In this document: piece by piece, positions 12,591 to 24,805 of the stretch | Position numbering within the stretch: position 1 is the first letter of the stretch | Layout of the letters: each line of letters begins with the position of its first letter | Assembly (NCBI RefSeq): GCF_018350175.1 | Contig: NC_058368.1 | Span: forward strand, 31,746,001 to 31,810,000 | Source: Felis catus | Lineage: Eukaryota | Reading direction: 5' to 3' | DNA length: 64,000 nt | Notes under the pieces: generated by a model | The model's database searches: none | What the model was told of the DNA's origin: nothing | What the model saw: only the letters and a program-made list of their open reading frames with translations | Program-made: the position numbers and the translations under genes

Positions 12591-13639
12591 TTTTTCCCAC
12601 CTATTGTTTTAGATGATCTCAAAATAGCCACCATTCTCTCACAAGAAAGATATTAAGGTTGAGAAAGCAATGGAATATATATAAATCTTGAGAGGTATTT
12701 CTCAAAAAGAACTTTCAGGGTCATAGTGGCACATTATATTAACAGGAAGAAAATTAAGAATAATCCAACTAAGTTTTCTAGGAAATTATATTACAACAGA
12801 AATCATAAGACTGTTTATTCAAGACTCCAATGATTGTTAAAACGAGTTTTGGCCTCCTATACTTGCACAAATGGAAACAGGATAGATGGTCTTAAGTAAA
12901 GCTTCCTTTTGAGGAAGAGAGAGTATTATGGGGCTGCCAGAAGAAGGAACTACAAGGATATTTGGTAATCAGCAGAGTGGACCAATGCAGAGGTAGATCT
13001 TAATAAGGATTTTGCTTTTCTTTGTGATATGTGGTCTTGTCCAGCAGGGACAATATTTCTATTCTCTTTGATTCTCTCTGGGGTCATGTCACTGTTTGGT
13101 CCATGAAGCATGGACCAAATTGATCTCTTCTAAGTCTAACTCTTCTTCTTTGATGTTTAGTATCCATGGCAACCTTGGAAGCCACATATTGAAGATAGTA
13201 CAAACTCCATTGCTCTTGGTTGCAAATAAAGCTCTGTTGTGTCTACCCACTAAAATTTGGAGGTTTATCTATTATAGCAGCTTTCATTACCATCTCTGTC
13301 TCCTAATCCATAAGTTTATTATCAGGTAATGTATTACAATAGAAGTCAATCACAGACTGAATTCTATGAAATGTACAAAATTTTTAGCAAGAAACTATAT
13401 AAGCAGTCACACCACTGTCTTTATAAGCTGTCTTTAAGCATTTTGATAAATATCTTGGATAAAAAATGTCGACCAGACACAGACAAAACAGTATTCTCAT
13501 GGCAGAACCAGCCAATACTCCAGTTGAGGCTCCTCAGTACTTCAGTCTTGTCACTCCAATTTTGCTGGCTTCTTTATCCCCAAGCAATTATTCGTTCTCA
13601 TGCCATCTGAGTGTTCCGCCATTTGTCTGGGCGTGCGAT

Positions 13640-13640
<1 letters not shown>

Positions 13641-13685
<45 letters not shown>
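13641..13685. repeat. (CA)n microsatellite, about 22 units
   Basis: Read directly from the sequence. Confidence 0.95.
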
Positions 13686-13687
<2 letters not shown>

Positions 13688-14299
13688 ATACTGATTTTAC
13701 ATCATCTTCACAGCTCTCCATGTGTGTTCTGGAATGGAATTTTAAACTATCTAGTCTTTGCTGTTTTCTCAGTTTTCTGTTGCCATTAAATCGATGATTT
13801 ATGTGTAATAATGTATACTTCCTGCTTCCCTTTTGCTTTTAGTGAGAAAATAATTTTACGTTAAGTTGCTGCATCTACACCTCAAATGTTCATCATGAGT
13901 TTCATCTTTCCAATGAGACCCAGGGCCTAACACCAGCGACAGACTTCAACAAGGTTTTGTTTACGGAGAAAACGGAAACACCTCATGTACTTCCTGTTTC
14001 TCCTGAATTTTTAAAATATTATGTCATATTTTATGAATCACATTGAAAAAAGGTTCCATAGGTACAAAAATGCATCTGTATTAACTATGTCTTTCCAAAA
14101 TGTCTTTTCCACACCCCTACCTTAGAAAGTAGATATTTAAAAAATAATCTTTTCTTAATGACTCATAAATATGTAGCATTTGATGCTCCCTCCTTCTCCC
14201 CTTTACTATCAAATATGCGAATAGTGTTATATCTTAGTTGTGGGTCAGTGCTAACATTTTGCATCTAAAAATAATTTGACCTTCATTCTAGATCTGTGG

Positions 14300-14518
14300 C
14301 TTTTTGTGTGTGTGGCTTTTTGTTTTTGTTTGTTTGTTTTAAATGTTTATTTATTTATTTTGAGAGGGCATGCATGAGAGAGCAGTAGTGAGGGAGGGGC
14401 GGAGAGAGAGGGAGAGAGAATCTGTGCTGCCAGCTCAGAGCCCGATGACCCATGAGATCATAAGCTGAGACAAAACCAAGAGTGGGAGGGTTAACCAATT
14501 AAGCTTTCCAGGCAACCC
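14300..14518 (-). mobile_element. Can-SINE, diverged and internally deleted
   Basis: T tail, GA tract, CAGAGCCCGATG...GAGATCAT; flanks TAGATCTGTG/TAGAACTGTG. Confidence 0.85.
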
Positions 14519-14699
14519 TTAGAACTGTGTTTATCTAATAGTTGAGGGATATTAAGACAATCCCTCAGTTCATGGGGTATCAGTTTCTCTTGCTAAAATG
14601 AAGTAGGCAAAGTGCTTAAAATCAAATGGTAAGTCCTGTTCAGCTACAAAATTTACTGTCTGATATTAGGATTTATCTATGCTGAATTCACCATATATC

Positions 14700-15180
14700 T
14701 GTTAAAGAAAATCAGAGCCAGATAGAAGTTAAAGCAGTGAGGATAGATTTCATGGGGGAAAAAAAAAAGTATTGTAGTAGGGGAAGAGAGCCTCCAGAAT
14801 ATGAATTGGCTCAATTCCAAATACAACCGTAACCAGGGGGCATTTACAGTCAAGAAGCAAGGAGGCTGGGGAAAGGACTGGGGACATTAGTGAATGGGAA
14901 ATTACTAAGAAGAGACTTCAAATCTGGGCGTGGGGGTGGATTCCGGTGAATCTAACCTAACAGAAATCTTGCTGAAGGTAGTCCAGAGTGATTAGATATC
15001 ACCTGGGGGATTGTACGGATAAAGGATTTGATCAGATATCAGGAATGGAGAATTCTTGCTAAACTCACTTAGCAAGAGTTTTGTTAAAAGTAGATTCTAC
15101 AAGGAAGTAACAAGGATGAGTCTTACTAGGGAGAGGGTTCAGAGAAATCTGACCCAAGTTTGGTCAAAGAATCTTTGTCA
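14700..15180 (-). mobile_element. Solo LTR, MER31-like (ERV1)
   Basis: TG...CA termini. The minus strand begins TGACAAAGATTCTTTGACCAAACTTGGGTCAG, like MER31. 4-bp flanks TATC/TACC. Confidence 0.8.
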
Positions 15181-15369
15181 TACCCTAGAATTAACTCTTG
15201 TTTGTTTTTACAGATTTCTGTAATTTGGACAATACCTTTTTATTTTAGGTGCACTTCCTTGTCATGAAATATCAGAGAAAGAAATATTCCGATTATTTAA
15301 GTTCCTTGTTAGTAATAACCAAAGTTGCCATGCTTACAGGCTTACTGTGTACCAGGTTGGTACTAAGTG

Positions 15370-15760
15370 CATGTATCTTTCAGAATAGCCTACCTTATGG
15401 CACAATACCAACTCCAAAATCTCACCATCTTAGAAAATCAAAGGCTTATTCCTTGCTCATGTCATATGTCCACTGTAAGTTGGCTGCAACTCTGCTTAGC
15501 ACCACCTTCACTCTGGTACCCAGCTGATGGCCCACCTCTGTCTGAAATATTCTCAATCTTGTGGAAGAGAGAAACAAGAGGTATCATGGAACACTACATG
15601 ATGCTTCTCAAAACTTCTGCCCAATGTAATACACAGCATTTCTGCTCAACTACCACAGACATAAGCAAATCTATGGCATTGGCTTGGTGTCATGGGGAGA
15701 AGAAGTAAACATTACCATAGAAACATTCAATAATTGTGAAAAATAATACAGCCTGCCAAA
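15370..15760 (-). mobile_element. Solo MaLR LTR (MLT1J/K/L-like) within a MIR remnant
   Basis: CCAAAATCTCACCATCTTAGAAAATCAAAGGCTTATTCCTTGCTCATG...AAAACTTCTGCCC resembles the reverse strand of old MLT1. Confidence 0.65.
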
Positions 15761-17012
15761 GAGTTCTTATGTATATTATTATATATAAACTTTAAATCAG
15801 GACTGATTGTAATTTTTTTCTCTTTTAAATAGGGAAAAACAAAATTATAAATGTAGAGCTGTTACATTTAAAAAGCCTGGATTTGAATGAAGATTCAGAT
15901 CTGTAGTTTTCAACTTGAAATCATTTTGTCAAATTTTGATAAATTGGTTATATTCTTTTATGGGGATCTCCTAAAAAGCAAGTAAGAATGATAAAGTAAG
16001 AAGTATAATTAGGAAGACGATGATAGTGAAAACATAAGATTAGCAATGAATTTTCTCTTTTAAATGTTCAGAATTCTGTTGTCTTAGTCAAATATATACT
16101 CTAAATGGCTTCTAAGCATTAAAAATGTTGGGGATTTTGTAATGGCAGACCTTTATAATGATTTGATTTAAAAATTTTGATTTCAATGTTTTATTTTCTT
16201 AGTCTAGGATGTGGAGAAGCAGTGAGTCAAAGTCAAAGAAGTAGAGCAAGGAGAAAGGGAGGGGCAAGCATAGCACTTTTCATCACACAGAAATTGAGAA
16301 TTTAACAGTTGATTAGCTATTAGAGTGTCTTGGTAGTTCCCTTGTGTTTTACATTCCTTTCAGCTTAATTAATGACTCACTCTGCCTCTTAATCTGCCTT
16401 CCTTAGATTACCAACACAGTAGCATTGTTTATTTAAGGAGAATTGCAGGGAGGTGGATGTTAAATAGTATAGGTCAGTATCTCATCCATAGTTGAATGCC
16501 TAATAATGTCTTGCTGATTCATATTTAGACCTTATTCTGCATTTGACATAGTTCCATGGTTGGTATACAATATGGATTTTAATCTTTATTTACTTTGGAA
16601 TTTCTTCAGAGATTTTGAAATTGTTTTAGAAAAAAAGTATTTTTTTTAAGTTCCACAGATAAAGCATAAAAATGAAGTATGTTTCATATTCCTTGATCTA
16701 GGGCTTCCATGTAGGAATATATGATCATTGATATAAAAAAAAGCACGGTTCATACTAACCACCCTCAAATACACAGGTAAAATGGTGCAGCGTTTAAGAA
16801 AACAAAGCATGGTTGAAATTGGAGTTGCTGCCCTATTATTGAATTATGATATTTACTCTCATATATTCCCAAAATTTCACTGTTATTAATCCAGGAAATC
16901 AAGAATTTAAGATCCTCTCTGCTTCTCTCCCTGTCTCTCTCTGGGTATCTCTCCTTAGCTTTGGAGGCTACAATAGGCTCTGTTGAATTTCTTTGTTATT
17001 TTATTTTGTTTT

Positions 17013-17052
17013 ATTTCATTTCATTTCATTTCATTTCATTTCATTTCATTTC
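17013..17052. repeat. (ATTTC)8 pentanucleotide repeat within degenerate (ATTTT)n
   Basis: Read directly from the sequence. Confidence 0.95.
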
Positions 17053-19329
17053 ATTTATTTTATCTTATTCTATGAGACACTATAATCTCATATTCAGAGG
17101 TTCTACATTAGATTTAATTTGTCCTTCAAAACTGGATTAGAGAGAGATGCCAACACATATGGTAACTCCTGGAACAGTTTGCAGCTTGAACAACCTACAG
17201 GAAACCATGAAAGCCACATTTCCTGTCAGTACTGTGAAGCCAAAATCTGCGTTTGAAAATGAACTTGAGCATGTACCTAAAATCTGTGCAAAAATCCATT
17301 TAGTGATCTTGTATAGTTTTAGAGGTGACATATCCTGAGTGACATTCCAATAAAAGCTACCAAAATCTTGATTGCATTTTAATGAGTGAAAGTAATTTCG
17401 AGTTCTACTTTGTGTTTTTAAATGCATACTATTTTTACAATTTTAAAATTCCACTCCAAATCAAAGTTAAGCTCAATTTCTTATCTTTGATAACCTTGTA
17501 TATGTGTTCATTTATGTTTCATTTTTCTTCAAAGGACAAGAATACTTGGAATTTCTCTCCTTAATATAGTTTCCTGTTTTTCATGAGCACTCTGATATTT
17601 ATGTAGTTTATAGCTTTTCTTATTAGATAATAGTTGTGGAATAAACCAGCTACAAGCTAAATAAATTTCTTAACATCTAAAATATATTTGCTCTCTATGT
17701 GAAGAGGTCCTTTGATCTTTCAGAAGGAGCACAGTTGATAAGAAACACTAAAGCAGATTTCCAAAGCCTGAAAGCTTCTGGCTGTTAAAAATCAGCACTT
17801 CAAAGAATCTTTGACAACAAAGATGGTGACAGCTAAGAGTGTATCATGAGGAGAGTTTATAGTAAACAAATGTCTCCTTTGATGCAAATTTGGTTTTGTA
17901 AATACATTAGTTATTACTGGATGTATTTTCAAAGACTGCTCTACAAAGCCTTCTTGAGAAATTGTTCTGTGGCATTACACCAAAGCCTGTATGTATGTAT
18001 GAAAAATGTTTCTTTTTTTTTTTTAAACTTTCAACTGGATGATTACCTATACCTATATCGCTATTTCTATGATGTACAATGAGGATAATGTGTCAATTTG
18101 GCCTGAAGAACAATCTGTTATAACAGGACTGTTGTTTTCAGTCACTGAAATAATATACGTAAGATTCTCCACACTTTGGATAAGGTCCTCGCTTCATAGC
18201 CTTTACCTGTCCAGGCCTCAGTTACCTGACAGAATCCTTGCCCTCCCCTTTTCTACAACTTCTACTCCCTCCTCTAAGCTTCACATCAGAAACCTGGGGA
18301 TTTGTCTGTCCTCATGTGCTCTCCTCCGCCATTAATTTTCTCCAATATAATTTTGGTTACCTCATTTTTCTTCTTCTTATCTAGTGAAGTTTGAGATTTA
18401 CTGAGATTCTCTTTTCACACTTGCTCTTATTTCTCGTTTAGTACTCAGAGTGAGCAGAGATGAACAGTACAAATTATGAAATTCAAATTTACAGGTGGCT
18501 ACCTGCCATGAAGCTAAATTGAATAGAATCTGACAGGTCTAAGGCCGACAATAATTCAGGAATACAGTTTTATATTATATTTATATTTACATAAAAATGT
18601 CAGTTTTAAGGGAAAGAAGTGCCTTTTGGTCACCAACCTCATTAATTATATCTTAGCTATCCCACTGGGCCTAAAAGGTGCATGGGAAACCACTAAGTTG
18701 GGTGCTTAGAAGTACAAAGTAGTTCCCAGGCTCTCCTAGTCCCTTACTGTTTGATAACTCTGTTTATGGGATTTCATGGCTGAATTGGCGGTCAGAAAAC
18801 AACCACAGGTATCCATCTAATAAGTGTTAACATGCCACTAACATAGATAATACTGTCTAATTTAAAATTATCAGGGGGCGATTGTGGTGAAAGAGATTTT
18901 AATGGCTAAAGACACAAGATAATTGAAAAGACTTATGAAAGAAATATCAGCCCAATTGTAACTTCACATTCTAATGAGTAAATTTTTTCAAAATGATGTG
19001 AGCATCTGCATTACATAAGCATTCTAGTCATTCAATTTGGCCAGAATAAGAATATTTAATATTAGATTAAAAGGGGAGGTAGTTTACTTCTACCATCCTG
19101 AAACATCGTTTTTTTGTTCTTGTCTATGTCTGTCATTAGCTATAGTTATGGTAAATCCAAACAACTTTTAGTATACATCAAAATTATTTCCATTATTTTC
19201 TGAAGTATTTGTACATACATGTACATCATGTGCCTAAGTTTTTGTTTGATGCAAAAATATTAGTATGCTTCTTATGAGTAGCATACCATGATATGAAGAG
19301 GAATTAGAACCATCAGTAGATTTATATAT

Positions 19330-19950
19330 TTATGTTTAAACCAAAAAATTAAACAAAATGATATACTTAAAAGTCAACAAAGTAAAATGGAGAAGTATTT
19401 AATATACATATGTTAGTAGATTAGATAGTAGTTAGAGTATAGATAGTATTTATGTTAGTATAGATATAAACTAGTAAAATTAACACTAACATCCTAATAT
19501 ATAGTTAAGACAAAAGTAACAAGAAACATTTACTATAGGACAAAATTCAAATACATATTCAATGTATCTATAAATATTCACTATTACTGTTAATAAAATT
19601 ATTGTAAATTGAAATAGTTAACATATCTTTGCCTTTCAACATTTAAGGGATTGAAACAAATGATCACAAAATAACAAGGGGTCAGGAATAGGATATTTCC
19701 AAATGCTACTGGTGAGAATGAAAATTAGCCTACATTTTGGGAGAGCACGTTGCCATTATTAGTAGAAGAACCTTTAATATTTTTATTAATTTTATCCCAT
19801 TTTATGAATTTTATTCTAATAATTTATTCCAAGGAAACTGATAGAGTTGGGCATTGACATATATATGAAACTGTCAAACAATGAAATATATATTGACATA
19901 TATATGAAAGTGATAAAAAAAGTCACCCCTAGCAATAAAAACTTTAAAAA
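19330..19950 (+). mobile_element. Decayed L1ME-like fragment
   Basis: ATGCTACTGGTGAGAATGAAAATTAGCCTACATTTTGGGAGAGCA resembles the ORF2 3' region. Confidence 0.5.
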
Positions 19951-20799
19951 TGATAATTTTTGAAATAATGGGTTTATCAGCCAAATTTAGACAGAACAAC
20001 AGTTATATCTAGAATCGATTGTCTAACATAGATGAAATGTTACAATTAGTATTTAGGGGCATTATAATATTACTTTTAAATTTGTTGTTATTGCTGTGAA
20101 GGTGTAAAATAAGACATTTATTAGTTCTGCGTTGAGCCTCTACGAACATTATCACACAAAAGTGTTCATGCTAGGGAGTCAAAAACCAGTGGGTTTAGGA
20201 AAGCAAAGCAGCATACATACATGAAGAATTGGGGTCAGCAAAGTGACCAGGACAGAACTTCGGTAGACAGCCAGGAGCCCAGAAGACACATGTCACACAA
20301 AAGTCAGGACAAAATAGATACAAAGAACATGCAGGGCATTGACAGGAAATGAGAAATGGGGGAAGTCAAGTGGAAGACTTAGTTCTTCGACCCATAAACA
20401 AGGGAAGGCATCGCAACTGAGGCAATCTTCTGTCACAGCCTCACCTGAACTTTAAGCTTCTTGAAAGCAAGGGCCATCTTTTGTTCCAATGCTTAGTAGA
20501 ATGGCTGGAAATAATAGGTGTTCAAAAATAAAATTGAAGGAAAAGACTTTTTACCCTTTAACCCGGAGACAGCTTATTCTGGAGGCTTTCAGCCACTTAC
20601 TCCAAAAAATAATTCCCAAATAAACCAAAATAAGTGGTAATTATATAGTTACATTTTGTTTGAAGGAAGAACAGAACTAAGTATAACACACATGAAGGTA
20701 GATATTTTGGACTGAAAAGAAGCATCTAAGTGAATATTTCTGTGCTGAGATGTCATTTTGCACAGTGTGCACTTGGTATGCACTACTGTGTGTGTTTAT

Positions 20800-21020
20800 T
20801 TAAAAATTTTTTTAATGTTTATTTATTTTTGAGAGACAGAGAGACAGAGTATGAGCAGGAGAGGGGCAGAGAGAGAGGGAGACACAGAATCTGAAGCAGG
20901 CTCCAGGCTTGGAGCTGTCAGCACAGAGCCCAATGTGGGGCACGAACCCATGAACCAACCGTGAGATCATGACCTGAGCTGAAGTAGGGCACTAAACTGT
21001 CTGAGCCAGCCAGGCGCTCC
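20800..21020 (-). mobile_element. Can-SINE (felid type)
   Basis: AATGTTTATTTATTTTTGAGAGACAGAGAG...GAAGCAGGCTCCAGGCT...CAGGCGCTCC. Confidence 0.94.
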
Positions 21021-21149
21021 TGTGTGCATTTGTTTATATGTTCATCTCCCCTACAACGCCGTGTGAGCTTCTTGGCTTGGAACATTTGTTCATCTCTCAA
21101 TTTTCAGCTCAAGGCTGTATTGATACCTCCAATTGTTTTTTAAATTGAT

Positions 21150-21496
21150 CTGAAGGTTTTTCTCTTTGGGACAACTACTCTTTTCCCACTCAGTGCCATG
21201 CCATATGCTTAGCTAACTTTACCTTTGACTCAAAGTATGAACTTGTGCCTTGGGACTGAACAACATGATCATTTCAGAAATGAACTTAGGATCCAAAGGT
21301 AGAGCTGGCCAGTAAAAATAAATCCTTGAGATGATTTCTGGAATTGTTAGATGAGAAGCATTCTTTCTTTCGAACTCCAAACTTTAAGAATGATTTCAGC
21401 TATATTTGCTCAACATACAGAAATCCCATCTGAGAATGACATGAAGAGAAAAAAGAGTAAAATGGAAAGGTGAAGGGGAGGCAGGAAGGGAGAGAG

Positions 21497-21541
<45 letters not shown>

Positions 21542-21690
21542 AACACACACATATACACACAGAGAGAGACATGTTGGATGATAGTATTGAACACCTAGAT
21601 CATGCTGTGCCTGAAATCTATCCTGTTTTTTATACTTTAGTTCATTTGAATTAGGTATCTGTTGCCTCTACGTGAGAAAATCCTCAAAAA
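21150..21690 (+). mobile_element. Old MaLR solo LTR (MLT1J/K-like) containing (CA)n at about 21499-21560
   Basis: TTGAACACCTAGATCATGCTGTGCCTGAAATC and the end motif TTTGAATTAGGTATCTGTTGCC. Confidence 0.6.
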
Positions 21691-21729
21691 TTTACCAGTA
21701 GAAACTAAAAATAGGTATTGGGAAATTGG

Positions 21730-22040
21730 GGGACATTTCAGTATAAATTCTAAGTTAGGTGATAAATGTTTAAAATTTCTTTGGGTATCATAATCACAAT
21801 GCGGCTGTATAAAACAATGGCTTTAGGAAATACATGCTGAAATACTTAGGGGTAAAGCATCATAAAATCTGCAAATTTTACTTTTAAATGGATCAGCAAA
21901 ATAAATTATATATTTATGCAAAGAAATAAGTGAGAAATGGTAAAATGTTAACAACTAGTGAGTCCAGGTGAAGGATAGATGTGTTCATTGACTATTCTGT
22001 TAACTTTCAGTAGGCTTGAAATTTCTTGAAATAAAATCTG
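21730..22040 (+). mobile_element. L1ME 3'UTR end
   Basis: GGAAATACATGCTGAAATACTTAGGGGTAAAG...GTTCATTGACTATTCTGTTAACTTTCAGTAGGCTTGAAATTTCTTGAAATAAAA. Confidence 0.75.
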
Positions 22041-23545
22041 GGGGAAGCCCAAAATGCAACAATTGCTGAGTAGTGTGACTGCTCTATAGGTGCTCAGCAA
22101 AACCCATTCCTTTTCAACTTTTGCAAAATTTTATAAGCTTCTTTATTCGGTAGAAGTAATCGCATCTTATCTAAATCAACACTATAATGACTTTTTAAAC
22201 CATGCTATCTGCACAGAGATCGAATTGTGTAATAGCTTCTATATTTGAAAAGTAAAAGTGAGTTAGATATTTGAGAAAACAGAAAGAATCAAATTGACAA
22301 GTCAGATACGCATGAATCAGCTATCCTACTCAGTACCAAAGTTTCCTAATCATTTCGCTAATTATAACTATGAGACACATGTGAAAAAAGGAAGGTTTGA
22401 GACTACCCACTGGTACGCTTCAGTGGTCTTTTATTGCCACAGTAGGACGTTCTCTGTTCAGATAAACATATTAGGCTTCTAAGTGTTATATGGGGCTGGA
22501 TTTCACACATCAGAAGTTGTTTTATTCCTGAAGTATCTTCATTTTGTACTCGGATAGTTACATAGTTAACATGTCACATAGTAACACAGCTTGAATTTTT
22601 TTTTACATGTAGTATAGCTTGACTTTTTCCTGGAACTATGTCTTCTAAACTCTCATATTCAAAATTTAAGCAATCCTAGAGAAACCAGATACATCTCTTT
22701 AAAAACCTTTCATAGCTAAAGAGTCTCTGACAGTAATTATCATTAGTTGGTTCACCAAGAAGTCTGCCATTAGCAAGTTTACAAGGAGGTTTGATCCAAT
22801 TACATTCCTTCTTTCTTTCCCTCACATTGAGACAATGGACTGTACAGCTGTTGCTGGTCATGTTTTCTTCAGTAGCTCATCTTCTCCCATCTCCAAGATT
22901 CCATGTCAGTTGCACATACTGGATCTGTGTACCCATATCCTTGCTTTTGAGTTTGAATAAAAGACTAGGCCAAGGAAGCTAGATATTCCACAGTACTGGA
23001 AAAGAAAAGATAATCAACTGACAGGATAGAGAGTTGGAGAAAATGTGGGATCCGGGAACAGAAGTAGGCTGAGGATAGAGGCACTGTCACTGTAATATGG
23101 TTGACTATGATTGCATGTAGAATAGGCCATAATTTTACATACATATATAAATGACTGACACATACATATGTAGCGCATACACATGCCCACAATTAAACAA
23201 AGCAGTTAATACTTATTTTATTTATTGCTTAATGTTTTATGTTGTTTGCAAACCAAAAAAAAAAATACCTCTCATTAAAATGTCAGTTTTGTGACTGCAG
23301 TTTTTCCTTGCATTTGCTGTTATATTTTATTTACATCTCAGTGGTGGAGTTTTAGTTTTACTAAATTTAATCTGTTTATTGGTTACTGTCATATGAAATC
23401 AATATGAATATACATATATACATGTATATACAAATACATACATATATATACGTACATATGTATATATGTATAATAGGAATCACAGAACTTCCTAATTACA
23501 TGTAGAAAGAAATGACCATTCAGCAAGATATATTAAAGATGTATT

Positions 23546-23748
23546 TTCCTTTTTATTTAAAATTTTAAAGTTTATTTATTTATTTTGAGAGACAGAGACA
23601 GAGAGAGAGGGAGAGAGAGAATCCCAAGCAGGCTCCTCCCTGGCAGAGCAGAGCCTGATGCAGGGCTTGAAATGACAAACCACAAGATCATGATCTGAAC
23701 TGAAACCAAGAGTCAGACTCTTAGCCGACTGAGTCACTCAAGTGCCCC
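23546..23748 (-). mobile_element. Can-SINE
   Basis: Canonical tail, GA tract and body ending AAGTGCCCC. Confidence 0.92.
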
Positions 23749-24019
23749 GAAGGACATATTTCTCTAAAGTAACATTACATGCATATCTGTGAATGCATTT
23801 ATACACAGGCATAATTTTCTACAGCAGACTTTAAACTCCTTGATAATATACTAAATTATATCCATTAACATATATTCAAATATTGAATGATTTGTGTGAC
23901 TTTTTACTACTTTGTTACTTTAAAATAGAATAATTTCATGTTGTCTTTCATGCAGAAATCATTGCTACATATCTTTTATTTGGATTTGATTAGAAACCGA
24001 AATGTACTTGGATGGCATG

Positions 24020-24805
24020 TGGCATTCCCTTAGTGTAACTACCTAAGAACAAAACCATTTATTTTGTCCCATTCTAAACATGAAACCTCAGGTGGGGTCC
24101 AAGGAGACCCTGGGTAACTTTGAAACCCGTGTCCAGTTTTCTGCCTAGATTTAGAGAAGGAAGTCATGGACATCTCCCTTCACCCACACTTGGATTTCAT
24201 TGTAGGAGCACTGACAGCTGGGCAGGGGGCCCGAGAGACCTTCCCTCCCAAATTTCCAACCCGTGTGGCCCTGGCATGGAGAGGAGAGCGCTCAGAGAAT
24301 TCTTATGTCTCACAGATCGAGGTGTGGAGCTTGGCCAGGAGTTGGACCAGCACACATGCAACCCTGAAGGGAACTCACAAAACAAGCGAGAACGCCAGAT
24401 GCTTAGAGCTGGTCTCTGGAGAGGACACTAGTTCATGCAGATGCCTCAGCAGTAGGTGCAGGGGGGTGAGAAGCATGCACCCAAAGATGAGAAGTGAGCT
24501 GCACTTCATCAAATACAGCCAGAACAAACAAGCCCACTACTCAATTCCTAGGAACTGAAATCAGCCCAAGGAAAAAGGCACACAAAGCAGAAAGGATTGA
24601 GAAGGGACTATTTACCTTTAAAAGTCTGGATTATATATTCTGAATTGCCTGAAACAATACTCACTTGGGGTGAGGAAGTGCATTACATTGACTGGAATGT
24701 GCTGTCCACCATTTAGAGAGTGAAGGCTGAGTTAGAGATAAGATTTGAGCAATAAAGCAATAGTTCTTTCATTGTGCCCTTGAGTATAATGGACCCCTGT
24801 AAATT
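24020..24805 (+). mobile_element. Probable very old solo LTR (family unassigned)
   Basis: GC-elevated block beginning TGTGGCA with AATAAA near the 3' end (24751). A similar opposite-strand block may follow at about 24860-25800. Confidence 0.35.

Larger units (their letters stand above)
9990..13300 (+). mobile_element. Ancient MaLR (MLT1-type) provirus remnant: LTR about 9990-10635, internal about 10636-11045 and 12600-13020, LTR about 13023-13300
   Basis: Two same-orientation LTR-like blocks share AGCTACATGTGGAAGATAG (10211) / AGCCACATATTGAAGATAG (13180). Both have MLT1-type ends: CCACTGAAGTTTTAGGG / CCACTAAAATTTGGAGG. Confidence 0.6.

Noticed and set aside
19853..19909. 18-bp direct repeat ATTGACATATATATGAAA with a short spacer (CRISPR-like spacing)
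   Set aside because: Only two copies, low complexity, inside decayed L1 in a mammalian genome; a local duplication.
24120..24558. Overlapping 103-aa and 130-aa plus-strand ORFs
   Set aside because: No recognisable domain or splice structure; explained by locally higher GC in a probable old LTR.
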